64,000 bases of DNA, taken from positions 434,001-498,000 of the forward strand of contig OZ024757.1 in NCBI GenBank assembly GCA_964016885.1, given 5' to 3'. The DNA is from Eledone cirrhosa. Its lineage: Eukaryota. A program made the translations under genes and the position numbers. Below are positions 1-15,000 of the stretch, piece by piece (position 1 is the stretch's first letter; every line of letters begins with the position of its first letter). Below the pieces are notes generated by a model. It had not been told where the DNA came from, did not search any database, and saw only the letters and a list, made by a program, of their open reading frames with translations.

Positions 1-3000
1 CTAGGGTGAGATAGTGACATTGGGGTGAAGACAATAGCTACAAGGGTTAGATAGTGACATTGAGTGAAGACAATAGCTACTAGGGTGAGAGAGTGACATT
101 GGTGTGAAGACATTAGCTACTTGGGTGAGCTAGTGACATTAGGGTGAAGACAGTAGCTACTAGGGTGAGATAGTGACATTGGGGTGAAGACAGTAGCTAC
201 AAGGGTGAGATCGTGACATTGGGGTGAAGACAGTAGATACTAGGGTAAGATAGTGACATTGGGGTGAAGACAGTAGCTACTAGGGTGAGATAGGGATATT
301 GCGGTGACAACAGTAGCTACTAGGGTGAGGTAGTGACATTAGGGTGAATACAATAGCTACTAGGGTGAGATAGTGACAATGGGGTGAAGACAGTAGCTAC
401 TGGGTGAGATAGTGACATTGGGGTGAAGACAATAGCTATTTGGGTGAGATAGTGACATTGGGGTGAAGACAGAAGCTACTAGGGTGTGATAGTGACATTA
501 GGGTGAAGACAGTAGCTACTAGGGTGAGATAGTGACATTGGGGTGAAGACAGTAGCTACAAGGGTGAGATCGTGACATTGGGGTGAAGACAGTAGATACT
601 AGGGTAAGATAGTGACATTGGGGTAAAGACAGTAGCTACTAGGGTGAGATAGGGACATTGGCGTGACAACAGTAGCTACTAGGGTGAGATAGTGACATTA
701 GGGTGAATACAATAGCTACTAGGGTGAGATAGTGACAATGGGGTGAAGACAGTAGCTACTAGGGTGAGATAGTGACATTGGGGTGAAGACAATAGCTACA
801 AGGGTTAGATAGTCACATTGGGTGAAGACAATAGCTACTAGGGTGAGAGAGTGACATTGGTGTGAAGACATTAGCTACTTGGGTGAGATAGTGACATTAG
901 GGTGAAGACAGTAGCTACTAGGGTGAGATAGTGACATTGGGGTGAAGACAGTAGCTACAAGGGTGAGATCGTGACATTGGGGTTAAGACAGTAGCTACTA
1001 GGGTGAGATATTGACATTGGGGTGAAGACAGTAGCTACTAGGGTGAGATAGTGACATTGGGGTGGAGACAGTAGCTACTAGGGTGAGATAGTGACATTGG
1101 GGTGAAGAGAGTAGCTACAAGGGTGAGATCATGACATTGGGGTGAAGACAGTAGCTACTAGGGTGAGATATTGACATTGGGGTGAAGACAGTAGCTACTA
1201 GGGTGAGATATTGATATTGGGTGAAGACAGTAGCTACTAGGGTGAGATAGTGACATTGGGGTGAAGACAGTAGCTACTAGGGTGCGATAGTGACATTGGG
1301 TGAAGACAGTAGCTACTAGGGTGAGATAGTGACATTGGGGTGAAGACAGTAGCTACTAGGGTGAGATAGTGACATTGGGGTGGAGACAGGAGCTACTAGT
1401 GTGAGATAGTGACATTGGGGTGAAGACAGTAGCTACTATGGTGAGATAGTGACATTGGGGTGAAGACAATAGCTATTTGGGTGAGATAGTGACATTGGGG
1501 TGAAGACAAAGCTACTAGGATGGGATAGTGACATTGGGGTGAAGACAATAGCTACTAGGGTGAGATAGTGACATTGGGGTGAAGACAGTAGCTACTAGGG
1601 TGGGATAGTGATATTGGGGTGAAGACAATAGCTACAAGGGTGAGATAGTGAAATTGGGTGAAGACAATAGCTACTAGGGTGAGAGAGTGACATTGGGGTA
1701 AGAGAGTAGCTACTAGGGTGAGATAGTGACATTGGGGTGGAGATAGTAGCTACTAGGGTGAGATAGTGACATTGGGGTGAAGACAGTAGCTACTGGGTGA
1801 GATAGTGACATTGGGGTGAAGACAATAGCTATTTGGGTGAGATAGTGACATTGGGGTGAAGACAGAAGCTACTAGGGTGTGATAGTGACATTAGGGTGAA
1901 GACAGTAGCTACTAGGGTGAGATAGTGACATTGGGGTGGAGACAGTAGCTACTAGGGTGAGATAGTGACATTAGAGTAAAGACAGTAGCTACTAGGGTGT
2001 GATAGTGACATTGGGGTGAAGACAGTAGCTACTAGGGTGCGATAGTTACATTGGGTGAAGACAGTAGCTACTAGGGTGAGATAGTAACATTGGGGTGAAG
2101 ACAGTAGCTACAAGGGTAAGATCGTAACATTGGGGTGAAGACAGGAGCTACTAGGGTGAGACAGTGATATTGGGGTGAAGACAGTAGCTACTAGGGTGAG
2201 ATAGTGACATTGGGGTGGAAACAGTAGCTACTAGGGTGAGATAGTGACTTTGGGGTGAAGAGAGTAGCTACAAGGGTGAGATAGTGACATTGGGGTGAAA
2301 ACAGTAGCTACTAGGGTGAGATATTGACATTGGGGTGAAGACAGTAGCTACTAGGGTGAGATATTGACATTGGGTGAAGAGAGTAGCTACTAGGGTGAGA
2401 TAGTGACATTGGGGTGAAGACAGTAGCTACTAGGGTGCGATAGTGACATTGGGTGAAGACAGTAGCTACTAGGGTGAGATAGTGACATTGGGGTGAAGAC
2501 AGTAGCTACTAGGGTGAGATAGTGACATTGGGGTGAAGACAGGAGCTACTAGGGTGAGATAGTGATATTGGGGTGAAGACAGTAGCTACTAGGGTGAGAT
2601 AGTGACATTGGGGTGAAGACAGTAGCTACTGGGTGAGATAGTGACCTTGGGGTGAAGACAGTAGCTACTGGGTGAGATAGTGACATTGGGGTGAAGACAG
2701 TAGCTACTGGGTGAGATAGTGACATTGGGGTGAAGACAGTAGCTACTGGGTGAGATAGTGACCTTGGGGTGAAGACAATAGCTATTTGGGTGAGATAGTG
2801 ACATTGGGGTGAAGACAGTAGCTACTAGGGTGAGATAGTGACATTGGGGTGAAAACAATAGCTACAAGGGTTAGATAGTGACATTGGGTGAAGACAAAAG
2901 CTACTAGGGTGAGAGAGTGACATTGGTGTGAAGACATTAGCTACTTGGGTGAGATAGTGACATTAGGGTGAAGACAGTAGCTACTAGGGTGAGATAGTGA

Positions 3001-6000
3001 CATCAGGGTGAAGACAGTAGCTACAAGGGTGAGATCGTGACATTGGGGTGAAGACAGTAGCTACTAGGGTGAGATATTGACATTGGGGTGAAGACAGTAG
3101 CTACTAGGGTGAGATAGTGACATTGGGGTGAAGACAGTAGCTACAAGGGTGAGATCGTGACATTGGGGTGAAGACAGTAGATACTAGGGTAAGATAGTGA
3201 CATTGGGGTGAAGACAGTAGCTACTAGGGTGAGATAGGGACATTGGGGTGACAACAGTAGCTACTAGGGTGAGATAGTGACATTAGGGTGAATACATTAG
3301 CTACTATGGTGAGATAGTGACATTGGGGTGAAGACAATAGCTACAAGGGTTAGATAGTGACATTGGGTGAAGACAATAGCTACTAGGGTGAGAGAGTGAC
3401 ATTGGTGCGAAGACATTAGCTACTTGGGTAAGCTAGTGACATTAGGGTGAAGACATTAGCTACTAGGGTGAGATAGTGACATTGGGGTGAAGACAGTAGC
3501 TACAAGGTGAGATCGTGACATTGGGGTGAAGACAGTAGCTACTAGGGTGAGATAGTGACATTGGGGTGAAGACAGTAGCTACAAGGGTGAGATCGTGACA
3601 TTGGGGTGAAGACAGTAGATACTAGGGTAAGATAGTGACATTGGGGTGAAGACAGTAGCTACTAGGGTGAGATAGGGACATTGCGGTGAAAACAGTAGCT
3701 ACTAGGGTGAGGTAGTGACATTAGGGTGAATACAATCGCTACTAGGGTGAGATAGTGACAATGGGGTGAAGACAGTAGCTACTGGGTGAGATAGTGACAT
3801 TGGGGTGAAGACAATAGCTATTTGGGTGAGATAGTGACATTGGGGTGAAGACAGAAGCTACTAGGATGTGATAGTGACATTAGGGTGAAGACAGTAGCTA
3901 CTAGGGTGAGATTGTGACATTGGGGTGGAGACAGTAGCTACTAAGGTGAGATAGTGACATTAGAGTGAAGACAGTAGCTACTAGGGTGTGATAGTGACAT
4001 TGGGGTGAAGACAGTAGCTACAAGGGTGAGATCGTGACATTGGGGTGAAGACAGTAGATACTAGGGTAAGATAGTGACATTGGGGTAAAGACAGTAGCTA
4101 CTAGGGTGAGATAGGGACATTGGCGTGACAACAGTAGCTACTAGGGTGAGATAGTGACATTAGGGTGAATACAATAGCTACTAGGGTGAGATAGTGACAA
4201 TGGGGTGAAGACAGTAGCTACTAGGGTGAGATAGTGACATTGGGGTGAAGACAATAGCTACAAGGGTTAGATAGTGACATTGGGTGAAGACAATAGCTAC
4301 TAGGGTGAGAGAGTGACATTGGTGTGAAGACATTAGCTACTTGGGTGAGATAGTGACATTAGGGTGAAGACAGTAGCTACTAGGGTGAGATAGTGACATT
4401 GGGGTGAAGACAGTAGCTACAAGGGTGAGATCGTGACATTGGGGTGAAGACAGTAGCTACTAGGGTGAGATATTGACATTGGGGTGAAGACAGTAGCTAC
4501 TAGGGTGCGATAGTGACATTGGGTGAAGACAGTAGCTACTAGGGTGAGATATTGACATTGGGGTGAAGACGGTAGCTACTAGGGTGAGATATTGATATTG
4601 GGTGAAGACAGTAGCTACTAGGGTGAGATAGTGACATTGGGGTGAAGACAGTAGCTACTAGGGTGCGATAGTGACATTGGGTGAAGACAGTAGCTACTAG
4701 GGTGAGATAGTGACATTGGGGTGAAGACAGTAGCTACTAGGGTGAGATAGTGACATTGGGGTGGAGACAGGAGCTACTAGGGTGAGATAGTGACATTGGG
4801 GTGAAGACAGTAGCTACTAGGGTGAGATAGTGACATTGGGGTGAAGACAAAGCTACTAGGATGGGATAGTGACATTGGGGTGAAGACAATAGCTACTAGG
4901 GTGAGATAGTGACATTGGGGTGAAGACAGTAGCTACTATGGTGAGATAGTGACATTGGGGTGAAGACAATAGCTATTTGGGTGAGATAGTGACATTGGGG
5001 TGAAGACAAAGCTACTAGGATGGGATAGTGACATTGGGGTGAAGACAATAGCTACTAGGGTGAGATAGTGACATTGGGTGAAGACAATAGCTACTAGGGT
5101 GAGAGAGTGACATTGGGGTAAGAGAGTAGCTACTAGGGTGAGATAGTGACATTGGGGTGGAGATAGTAGCTACTAGGGTGAGATAGTGACATTGGGGTGA
5201 AGACAGTAGCTACTGGGTGAGATAGTGACATTGGGGTGAAGACAATAGCTATTTGGGTGAGATAGTGACATTGGGGTGAAGACAGAAGCTACTAGGGTGT
5301 GATAGTGACATTAGGGTGAAGACAGTAGCTACTAGGGTGAGATAGTGACATTGGGGTGGAGACAGTAGCTACTAGGGTGAGATAGTGACATTAGAGTAAA
5401 GACAGTAGCTACTAGGGTGTGATAGTTACATTGGGTGAAGACAGTAGCTACTAGGGTGCGATAGTTACATTGGGTGAAGACAGTAGCTACTAGGGTGAGA
5501 TAGTGACGTTAGGGTGAAGACAGTAGCTACTAGGGTAAGATCGTAACATTGGGGTGAAGACAGGAGCTACTAGGGTGAGATAGTGATATTGGGGTGAAGA
5601 CAGTAGCTACTAGGGTGAGATATTGACATTGGGTGAAGAGAGTAGCTACTAGGGTGAGATAGTGACATTGGGGTGAAGACAGTAGCTACTAGGGTGAGAT
5701 ATTGACATTGGGGTGAAGACAGTAGCTACTAGGGTGAGATATTGACATTGGGTGAAGAGAGTAGCTACTAGGGTGAGATAGTGACTTTGGGGTGAAGAGA
5801 GTAGCTACAAGGGTGAGATCGTGACATTGGGGTGAAGACAGTAGCTACTAGGGTGAGATATTGACATTGGGGTGAAGACAGTAGCTACTAGGGTGAGATA
5901 TTGACATTGGGTGAAGAGAGTAGCTACTAGGGTGAGATAGTGACATTGGGGTGAAGACAGTAGCTACTAGGGTGCGATAGTGACATTGGGTGAAGACAGT

Positions 6001-9000
6001 AGCTACTAGGGTGAGATAGTGACATTGGGGTGAAGACAGTAGCTACTAGGGTGAGATAGTGACATTGGGGTGAAGACAGGAGCTACTAGGGTGAGATAGT
6101 GATATTGGGGTGAAGACAGTAGCTACTAGGGTGAGATAGTGACATTGGGGTGAAGACAGTAGCTACTATGGTGAGTTAGTGACATTGGGGTGAAGACAAT
6201 AGCTATTTGGGTGAGATAGTGACATTGGGGTGAAGACAAAGCTACTAGCATGGGATAGTGACATTGGCGTGAAGACAATAGCTACTAGGGTGAGATAGTG
6301 ACATTGGGGTGAAGACAGTAGCTACTAGGGTGGGATAGTGATATTGGGGTGAAGACAATAGCTACAAGGGTGAGATAGTGACATTGGGTGAAGACAATAG
6401 CTACTAGGGTGAGAGAGTGACATTGGTGTGAAGACAGTAGCTACAAGGGCGAGATCGTGACATTGGGGTGAAGACAGTAGCTACTAGGGTAAGATAGTGA
6501 CATTGGCGTGAAGACAGTAGCTACTAGGGTAAGATAGTGACATTGGGGTGAAGACAGTAGCTACTAGGGTGAGATAGTGACATTGGGGTGACAACAGTAG
6601 CTACTAGGGTGAGATAGTGACATTAGGGTGAAGACAGTAGCTACTAGGGTGAGATAGTGACAATGGGGTGAAGACAGTAGCTACTGGGTGAGATAGTGAC
6701 ATTGGGGTGAAGACAATAGCTATTTGGGTGAGATAGTGACATTGGGGTGAAGACAGAAGCTACTAGGGTGTGATAGTGACATTAGGGTGAAGACAGTAGC
6801 TACTAGGGTGAGATTGTGACATTGGGGTGGAGACAGTAGCTACTAAGGTGAGATAGTGACATTAGAGTGAAGACAGTAGCTACTAGGGTGTGATAGTGAC
6901 ATTGGGGTGAAGACAGTAGCTACAAGGGTGAGATCGTGACATTGGGGTGAAGACAGTAGATACTAGGGTAAGATAGTGACATTGGGGTAAAGACAGTAGC
7001 TACTAGGGTGAGATAGGGACATTGGAGTGACAACAGTAGCTACTAGGGTGAGATAGTGACATTAGGGTGAATACAATAGCTACAAGGGTTAGATAGTGAC
7101 ATTGGGTGAAGACAATAGCTACTAGGGTGAGAGAGTGACATTGGTGTGAAGACATTAGCTACTTGGGTGAGATAGTGACATTAGGGTGAAGACAGTAGCT
7201 ACTAGGGTGAGATAGTGACATTGGGGTGAAGACAGTAGCTACAAGGGTGAGATCGTGACATTGGGATGAAGACAGTAGCTACTAGGGTGAGATATTGACA
7301 TTGGGGTGAAGACAGTAGCTACTAGGGTGAGATAGTGACATTGGGGTGGAGACAGTAGCTACTAGGGTGAGATAGTGACATTGGGGTGAAGAGAGTAGCT
7401 ACAAGGGTGAGATATTGACATTGGGGTGAAACAGTAGCTACTAGGGTGAGATATTGATATTGGGTGAAGACAGTAGCTACTAGGGTGAGATATTGACATT
7501 GGGGTGAAACAGTAGCTACTAGGGTGAGATATTGATATTGGGTGAAGACAGTAGCTACTAGGGTGAGATAGTGACATTGGGGTGAAGACAGTAGCTACTA
7601 GGGTGCGATAGTGACATTGGGTGAAGACAGTAGCTACTAGAGTGAGATAGTGACATTGGGGTGAAGACAGTAGCTACTAGGGTGAGATAGTGACATTGGG
7701 GTGAAGACAATAGCTATTTGGGTGAGATAGTGACATTGGGGTGAAGACAAAGCTACTAGGATGGGATAGTGACATTGGGGTGAAGACAATAGCTACTAGG
7801 GTGAGATAGTGACATTGGGGTTAAGACAATAGCTACAAGGGTGAGATAGTGACATTGGGTGAAGACAGTAGCTACTAGGGTGGGATAGTGATATTGGGGT
7901 GAAGACAATAGCTACAAGGGTGAGATAGTGACATTGGGTGAAGACAATAGCTACTAGGGTGAGAGAGTGACATTGGGGTAAGAGAGTAGCTACTAGGGTG
8001 AGATAGTGACATTGGGGTGGAGATAGTAGCTACTAGGGTGAGATAGTGACATTGGGGTGAAGACAGTAGCTACTGGGTGAGATAGTGACATTGGGGTGAA
8101 GACAATAGCTATTTGGGTGAGATAGTGACATTGGGGTGAAGACAGAAGCTACTAGGGTGTGATAGTGACATTAGGGTGAAGACAGTAGCTACTAGGGTGA
8201 GATAGTGACATTGGGGTGGAGACAGTAGCTACTAGGGTGAGATAGTGGCATTAGAGTAAAGACAGTAGCTAACAGGGATTTGATAGTTACATTGGGTGAA
8301 GACAGTAGCTACTAGGGTGAGATAGTGACATTGGGGTGAAGACAGTAGCTACAAGGGTAAGATCGTAACATTGGGGTGAAGACAGGAGCTACTAGGGTGA
8401 GATAGTGACATTGGGGTGAAGACAGTAGCTACTAGGGTGCGATAGTTACATTGGGTGAAGACAGTAGCTACTAGGGTGAGATAGTGACATTGGGGTGAAG
8501 ACAGTAGCTACAAGGGTAAGATCGTAACATTGGGGTGAAGACAGGAGCTACTAGGGTGAGATAGTGATATTGGGGTGAAGACAGTAGCTACTAGGGTGAG
8601 ATAGTGACATTGGGATGGAGACAGTAGCTACTAGGGTGAGATAGTGACTTTGGGGTGAAGAGAGTAGCTACAAGGGTGAGATCGTGACATTGGGGTGAAG
8701 ACAGTAGCTACTAGGGTGAGATATTGACATTGGGGTGAAGACAGTAGCTACTAGGGTGAGATATTGACATTGGGTGAAGAGAGTAGCTACTAGGGTGAGA
8801 TAGTGACATTGGGGTGAAGACAGTAGCTACTAGGGTGCGATAGTGACATTGGGGTGAAGACAGTAGCTACTAGGGTGAGATAGTGACATTGGGGTGAAGA
8901 CAGTAGCTACTAGGGTGAGATAGTGACATTGGGGTGAAGACTGGAGCTACTAGGGTGAGATAGTGACATTGGGGTGAAGACAGTAGCTACTAGGGTGAGA

Positions 9001-12000
9001 TAGTGACATTGGGGTGAAGACAGTAGCTACTATGGTGAGTTAGTGACATTGGGGTGAAGACAATAGCTATTTGGGTGAGATAGTGACATTGGGGTGAAGA
9101 CAAAGCTACTAGCATGGGATAGTGACGTTGGGGTGAAGACAATAGCTACTAGGGTGAGATAGTGACATTGGGGTGAAGACAATAGCTACAAGGGTGAGAT
9201 AGTGACATTGGGTGAAGACAGAAGCTACTAGGGTGTGATAGTGACATTAGGGTGAAGACAGTAGCTACTAGGGTGAGATAGTGACATTGGGGTGGAGACA
9301 GTAGCTACTAGGGTGAGATAGTGACATTAGAGTAAAGGCAGTAGCTACTAGGGTGTGATAGTTACATTGGGTGAAGACAGTAGCTACTAGGGTGCGATAG
9401 TTACATTGGGTGAAGACAGTAGCTACTAGGGTGAGATAGTGACGTTAGGGTGAAGACAGTAGCTACTAGGGTAAGATCGTAACATTGGGGTGAAGACAGG
9501 AGCTACTAGGGTGAGATAGTGATATTGGGGTGAAGACAGTAGCTACTAGGGTGAGATATTGACATTGGGTGAAGAGAGTAGCTACTAGGGTGAGATAGTG
9601 ACATTGGGGTGAAGACAATAGCTACTAGGGTGAGATATTGACATTGGGGTGAAGACAGTAGCTACTAGGGTGAGATATTGACATTGGGTGAAGAGAGTAG
9701 CTACTAGGGTGAGATAGTGACTTTGGGGTGAAGAGAGTAGCTACAAGGGTGAGATCGTGACATTGGGGTGAAGACAGTAGCTACTAGGGTGAGATATTGA
9801 CATTGGGGTGAAGACAGTAGCTACTAGGGTGAGATATTGACATTGGGTGAAGAGAGTAGCTACTAGGGTGAGATAGTGACATTGGGGTGAAGACAGTAGC
9901 TACTAGGGTGCGATAGTTACATTGGGTGAAGACAGTAGCTACTAGGGTGAGATAGTGACATTGGGGTGAAGACAGTAGCTACTAGGGTGAGATAGTGACA
10001 TTGGGGTGAAGACAGGAGCTACTAGGGTGAGATAGTGATATTGGGGTGAAGACAGTAGCTACTAGGGTGAGATAGTGACATTGGGGTGAAGACAGTAGCT
10101 ACTATGGTGAGTTAGTGACATTGGGGTGAAGACAATAGCTATTTGGGTGAGATAGTGACATTGGGGTGAAGACAAAGCTACTAGCATGGGATAGTGACAT
10201 TGGCGTGAAGACAATAGCTACTAGGGTGAGATAGTGACATTGGGGTGAAGACAGTAGCTACTAGGGTGGGATAGTGATATTGGGGTGAAGACAATAGCTA
10301 CAAGGGTGAGATAGTGACATTGGGTGAAGACAATAGCTACTAGGGTGAGAGAGTGACATTGGTGTGAAGACAGTAGCTACAAGGGCGAGATCGTGACATT
10401 GGGGTGAAGACAGTAGCTACTAGGGTAAGATAGTGACATTGGCGTGAAGACAGTAGCTACTAGGGTAAGATAGTGACATTGGGGTGAAGACAGTAGCTAC
10501 TAGGGTGAGATAGTGACATTGGGGTGACAACAGTAGCTACTAGGGTGAGATAGTGACATTAGGGTGAAGACAGTAGCTACTAGGGTGAGATAGTGACAAT
10601 GGGGTGAAGACAGTAGCTACTGGGTGAGATAGTGACATTGGGGTGAAGACAGTAGCTACTAGGGTAAGATAGTGACATTGGCGTGAAGACAGTAGCTACT
10701 AGGGTGAGATAGTGACATTGGGGTGGAGACAGTAGCTACTAGGGTGAGATAGTGACATTGGGGTGAAGAGAGTAGCTACAAGGGTGAGATCGTGACATTG
10801 GGGTGAAGACAGTAGCTACTAGGGTGAGATATTGACATTGGGGTGAAGACAGTAGCTACTAGGGTGAGATATTGATATTGGGTGAAGACAGTAGCTACTA
10901 GGGTGAGATAGTGACATTGGGGTGAAGACAGTAGCTACTAGGGTGCGATAGTGACATTGGGTGAAGACAGTAGCTACTAGAGTGAGATAGTGACATTGGG
11001 GTGAAGACAGTAGCTACTAGGGTGAGATAGTGACATTGGGGTGAAGACAGTAGCTACTATGGTGAGATAGTGACATTGGGGTGAAGACAATAGCTATTTG
11101 GGTGAGATAGTGACATTGGGGTGAAGACAAAGCTACTAGGATGGGATAGTGACATTGGGGTGAAGACAATAGCTACTAGGGTGAGATAGTGACATTGGGG
11201 TTAAGACAATAGCTACAAGGGTGAGATAGTGACATTGGGTGAAGACAGTAGCTACTAGGGTGGGATAGTGATATTGGGGTGAAGACAATAGCTACAAGGG
11301 TGAGATAGTGACATTGGGTGAAGACAATAGCTACTAGGGTGAGAGAGTGACATTGGGGTAAGAGAGTAGCTACTAGGGTGAGATAGTGACATTGGGGTGG
11401 AGATAGTAGCTACTAGGGTGAGATAGTGACATTGGGGTGAAGACAGTAGCTACTGGGTGAGATAGTGACATTGGGGTGAAGACAATAGCTATTTGGGTGA
11501 GATAGTGACATTGGGGTGAAGACAGAAGCTACTAGGGTGTGATAGTGACATTAGGGTGAAGACAGTAGCTACTAGGGTGAGATAGTGACATTGGGGTGGA
11601 GACAGTAGCTACTAGGGTGAGATAGTGGCATTAGAGTAAAGACAGTAGCTAACAGGGATTTGATAGTTACATTGGGTGAAGACAGTAGCTACTAGGGTGA
11701 GATAGTGACATTGGGGTGAAGACAGTAGCTACAAGGGTAAGATCGTAACATTGGGGTGAAGACAGGAGCTACTAGGGTGAGATAGTGACATTGGGGTGAA
11801 GACAGTAGCTACTAGGGTGCGATAGTTACATTGGGTGAAGACAGTAGCTACTAGGGTGAGATAGTGACATTGGGGTGAAGACAGTAGCTACAAGGGTAAG
11901 ATCGTAACATTGGGGTGAAGACAGGAGCTACTAGGGTGAGATAGTGATATTGGGGTGAAGACAGTAGCTACTAGGGTGAGATAGTGACATTGGGGTGGAG

Positions 12001-15000
12001 ACAGTAGCTACTAGGGTGAGATAGTGACTTTGGGGTGAAGAGAGTAGCTACAAGGGTGAGATCGTGACATTGGGGTGAAGACAGTAGCTACTAGGGTGAG
12101 ATAGTGACATTGGGGTGAAGACAGTAGATACTAGGGTGAGATAGTGACATTGGGGTGAAGACAGTAGCTACTAGGGTGAGATATTGACATTGGGGTGAAG
12201 ACAGTAGCTACTAGGGTGAGATATTGACATTGGGTGAAGAGAGTAGCTACTAGGGTGAGATAGTGACATTGGGGTGAAGACAGTAGCTACTAGGGTGCGA
12301 TAGTGACATTGGGGTGAAGACAGTAGCTACTAGGGTGAGATAGTGACATTGGGGTGAAGACAGTAGCTACTAGGGTGAGATAGTGACATTGGGGTGAAGA
12401 CTGGAGCTACTAGGGTGAGATAGTGATATTGGGGTGAAGACAGTAGCTACTAGGGTGAGATAGTGACATTGGGGTGAAGACAGTAGCTACTATGGTGAGT
12501 TAGTGACATTGGGGTGAAGACAATAGCTATTTGGGTGAGATAGTGACATTGGGGTGAAGACAAAGCTACTAGCATGGGATAGTGACGTTGGGGTGAAGAC
12601 AATAGCTACTAGGGTGAGATAGTGACATTGGGGTGAAGACAATAGCTACAAGGGTGAGATAGTGACATTGGGTGAAGACAGAAGCTACTAGGGTGTGATA
12701 GTGACATTAGGGTGAAGACAGTAGCTACTAGGGTGAGATAGTGACATTGGGGTGGAGACAGTAGCTACTAGGGTGAGATAGTGACATTAGAGTAAAGACA
12801 GTAGCTACTAGGGTGTGATAGTTACATTGGGTGAAGACAGTAGCTACTAGGGTGCGATAGTTACATTGGGTGAAGACAGTAGCTACTAGGGTGAGATAGT
12901 GACGTTAGGGTGAAGACAGTAGCTACTAGGGTAAGATCGTAACATTGGGGTGAAGACAGGAGCTACTAGGGTGAGATAGTGATATTGGGGTGAAGACAGT
13001 AGCTACTAGGGTGAGATATTGACATTGGGTGAAGAGAGTAGCTACTAGGGTGAGATAGTGACATTGGGGTGAAGACAGTAGCTACTAGGGTGAGATATTG
13101 ACATTGGGGTGAAGACAGTAGCTACTAGGGTGAGATAGTGACATTGGTGTGAAGACAGTAGCTACTAGGGTGAGATAGTGACATTGGGGTGAAGACAGGA
13201 GCTACTAGGGTGAGATATTGACATTGGGTGAAGAGAGTAGCTACTAGGGTGAGATAGTGACTTTGGGGTGAAGAGAGTAGCTACAAGGGTGAGATCGTGA
13301 CATTGGGGTGAAGACAGTAGCTACTAGGGTGAGATATTGACATTGGGTGAAGAGAGTAGCTACTAGGGTGAGATAGTGACATTGGGGTGAAGACAGTAGC
13401 TACTAGGGTGCGATAGTGACATTGGGTGAAGACAGTAGCTACTAGGGTGAGATAGTGACATTGGGGTGAAGACAGTAGCTACTAGGGTGAGATAGTGACA
13501 TTGGGGTGAAGACAGGAGCTACTAGGGTGAGATAGTGATATTGGGGTGAAGACAGTAGCTACTAGGGTGAGATAGTGACATTGGGGTGAAGACAGTAGCT
13601 ACTATGGTGAGTTAGTGACATTGGGGTGAAGACAATAGCTATTTGGGTGAGATAGTGACATTGGGGTGAAGACAAAGCTACTAGCATGGGATAGTGACAT
13701 TGGCGTGAAGACAATAGCTACTAGGGTGAGATAGTGACATTGGGGTGAAGACAGTAGCTACTAGGGTGGGATATTGATATTGGGGTGAAGACAATAGCTA
13801 CAAGGGTGAGATAGTGACATTGGGTGAAGACAATAGCTACTAGGGTGAGAGAGTGACATTGGTGTGAAGACAGTAGCTACAAGGGCGAGATCGTGACATT
13901 GGGGTGAAGACAGTAGCTACTAGGGTAAGATAGTGACATTGGCGTGAAGACAGTAGCTACTAGGGTAAGATAGTGACATTGGGGTGAAGACAGTAGCTAC
14001 TAGGGTGAGATAGTGACATTGGGGTGACAACAGTAGCTACTAGGGTGAGATAGTGACATTAGGGTGAAGACAGTAGCTACTAGGGTGAGATAGTGACAAT
14101 GGGGTGAAAACAGTAGCTACTGGGTGAGATAGTGACATTGGGGTGAAGACAATAGCTATTTGGGTGAGATAGTGACATTGGGGTGAAGACAGAAGCTACT
14201 AGGGTGTGATAGTGACATTAGGGTGAAGACAGTAGCTACTAGGGTGAGATTGTGACATTGGGGTGGAGACAGTAGCTACTAAGGTGAGATAGTGACATTA
14301 GAGTGAAGACAGTAGCTACTAAGGTGTGATAGTGACATTGGGGTGAAGACAGTAGCTACAAGGTTGAGATCGTGACATTGGGGTGAAGACAGTAGATACT
14401 AGGGTAAGATAGTGACATTGGGGTAAAGACAGTAGCTACTAGGGTGAGATAGGGACATTGGAGTGACAACAGTAGCTACTAGGGTGAGATAGTGACATTA
14501 GGGTGAATACAATAGCTACAAGGGTTAGATAGTGACATTGGGTGAAGACAATAGCTACTAGGGTGAGAGAGTGACATTGGTGTGAAGACATTAGCTACTT
14601 GGGTGAGATAGTGACATTAGGGTGAAGACAGTAGCTACTAGGGTGAGATAGTGACATTGGGGTGAAGACAGTAGCTACAAGGGTGAGATCGTGACATTGG
14701 GATGAAGACAGTAGCTACTAGGGTGAGATATTGACATTGGGGTGAAGACAGTAGCTACTAGGGTGAGATAGTGACATTGGGGTGGAGACAGTAGCTACTA
14801 GGGTGAGATAGTGACATTGGGGTGAAGAGAGTAGCTACAAGGGTGAGATCGTGACATTGGGGTGAAGACAGTAGCTACTAGGGTGAGATATTGACATTGG
14901 GGTGAAGACAGTAGCTACTAGGGTGAGATATTGATATTGGGTGAAGACAGTAGCTACTAGGGTGAGATAGTGACATTGGGGTGAAGACAGTAGCTACTAG

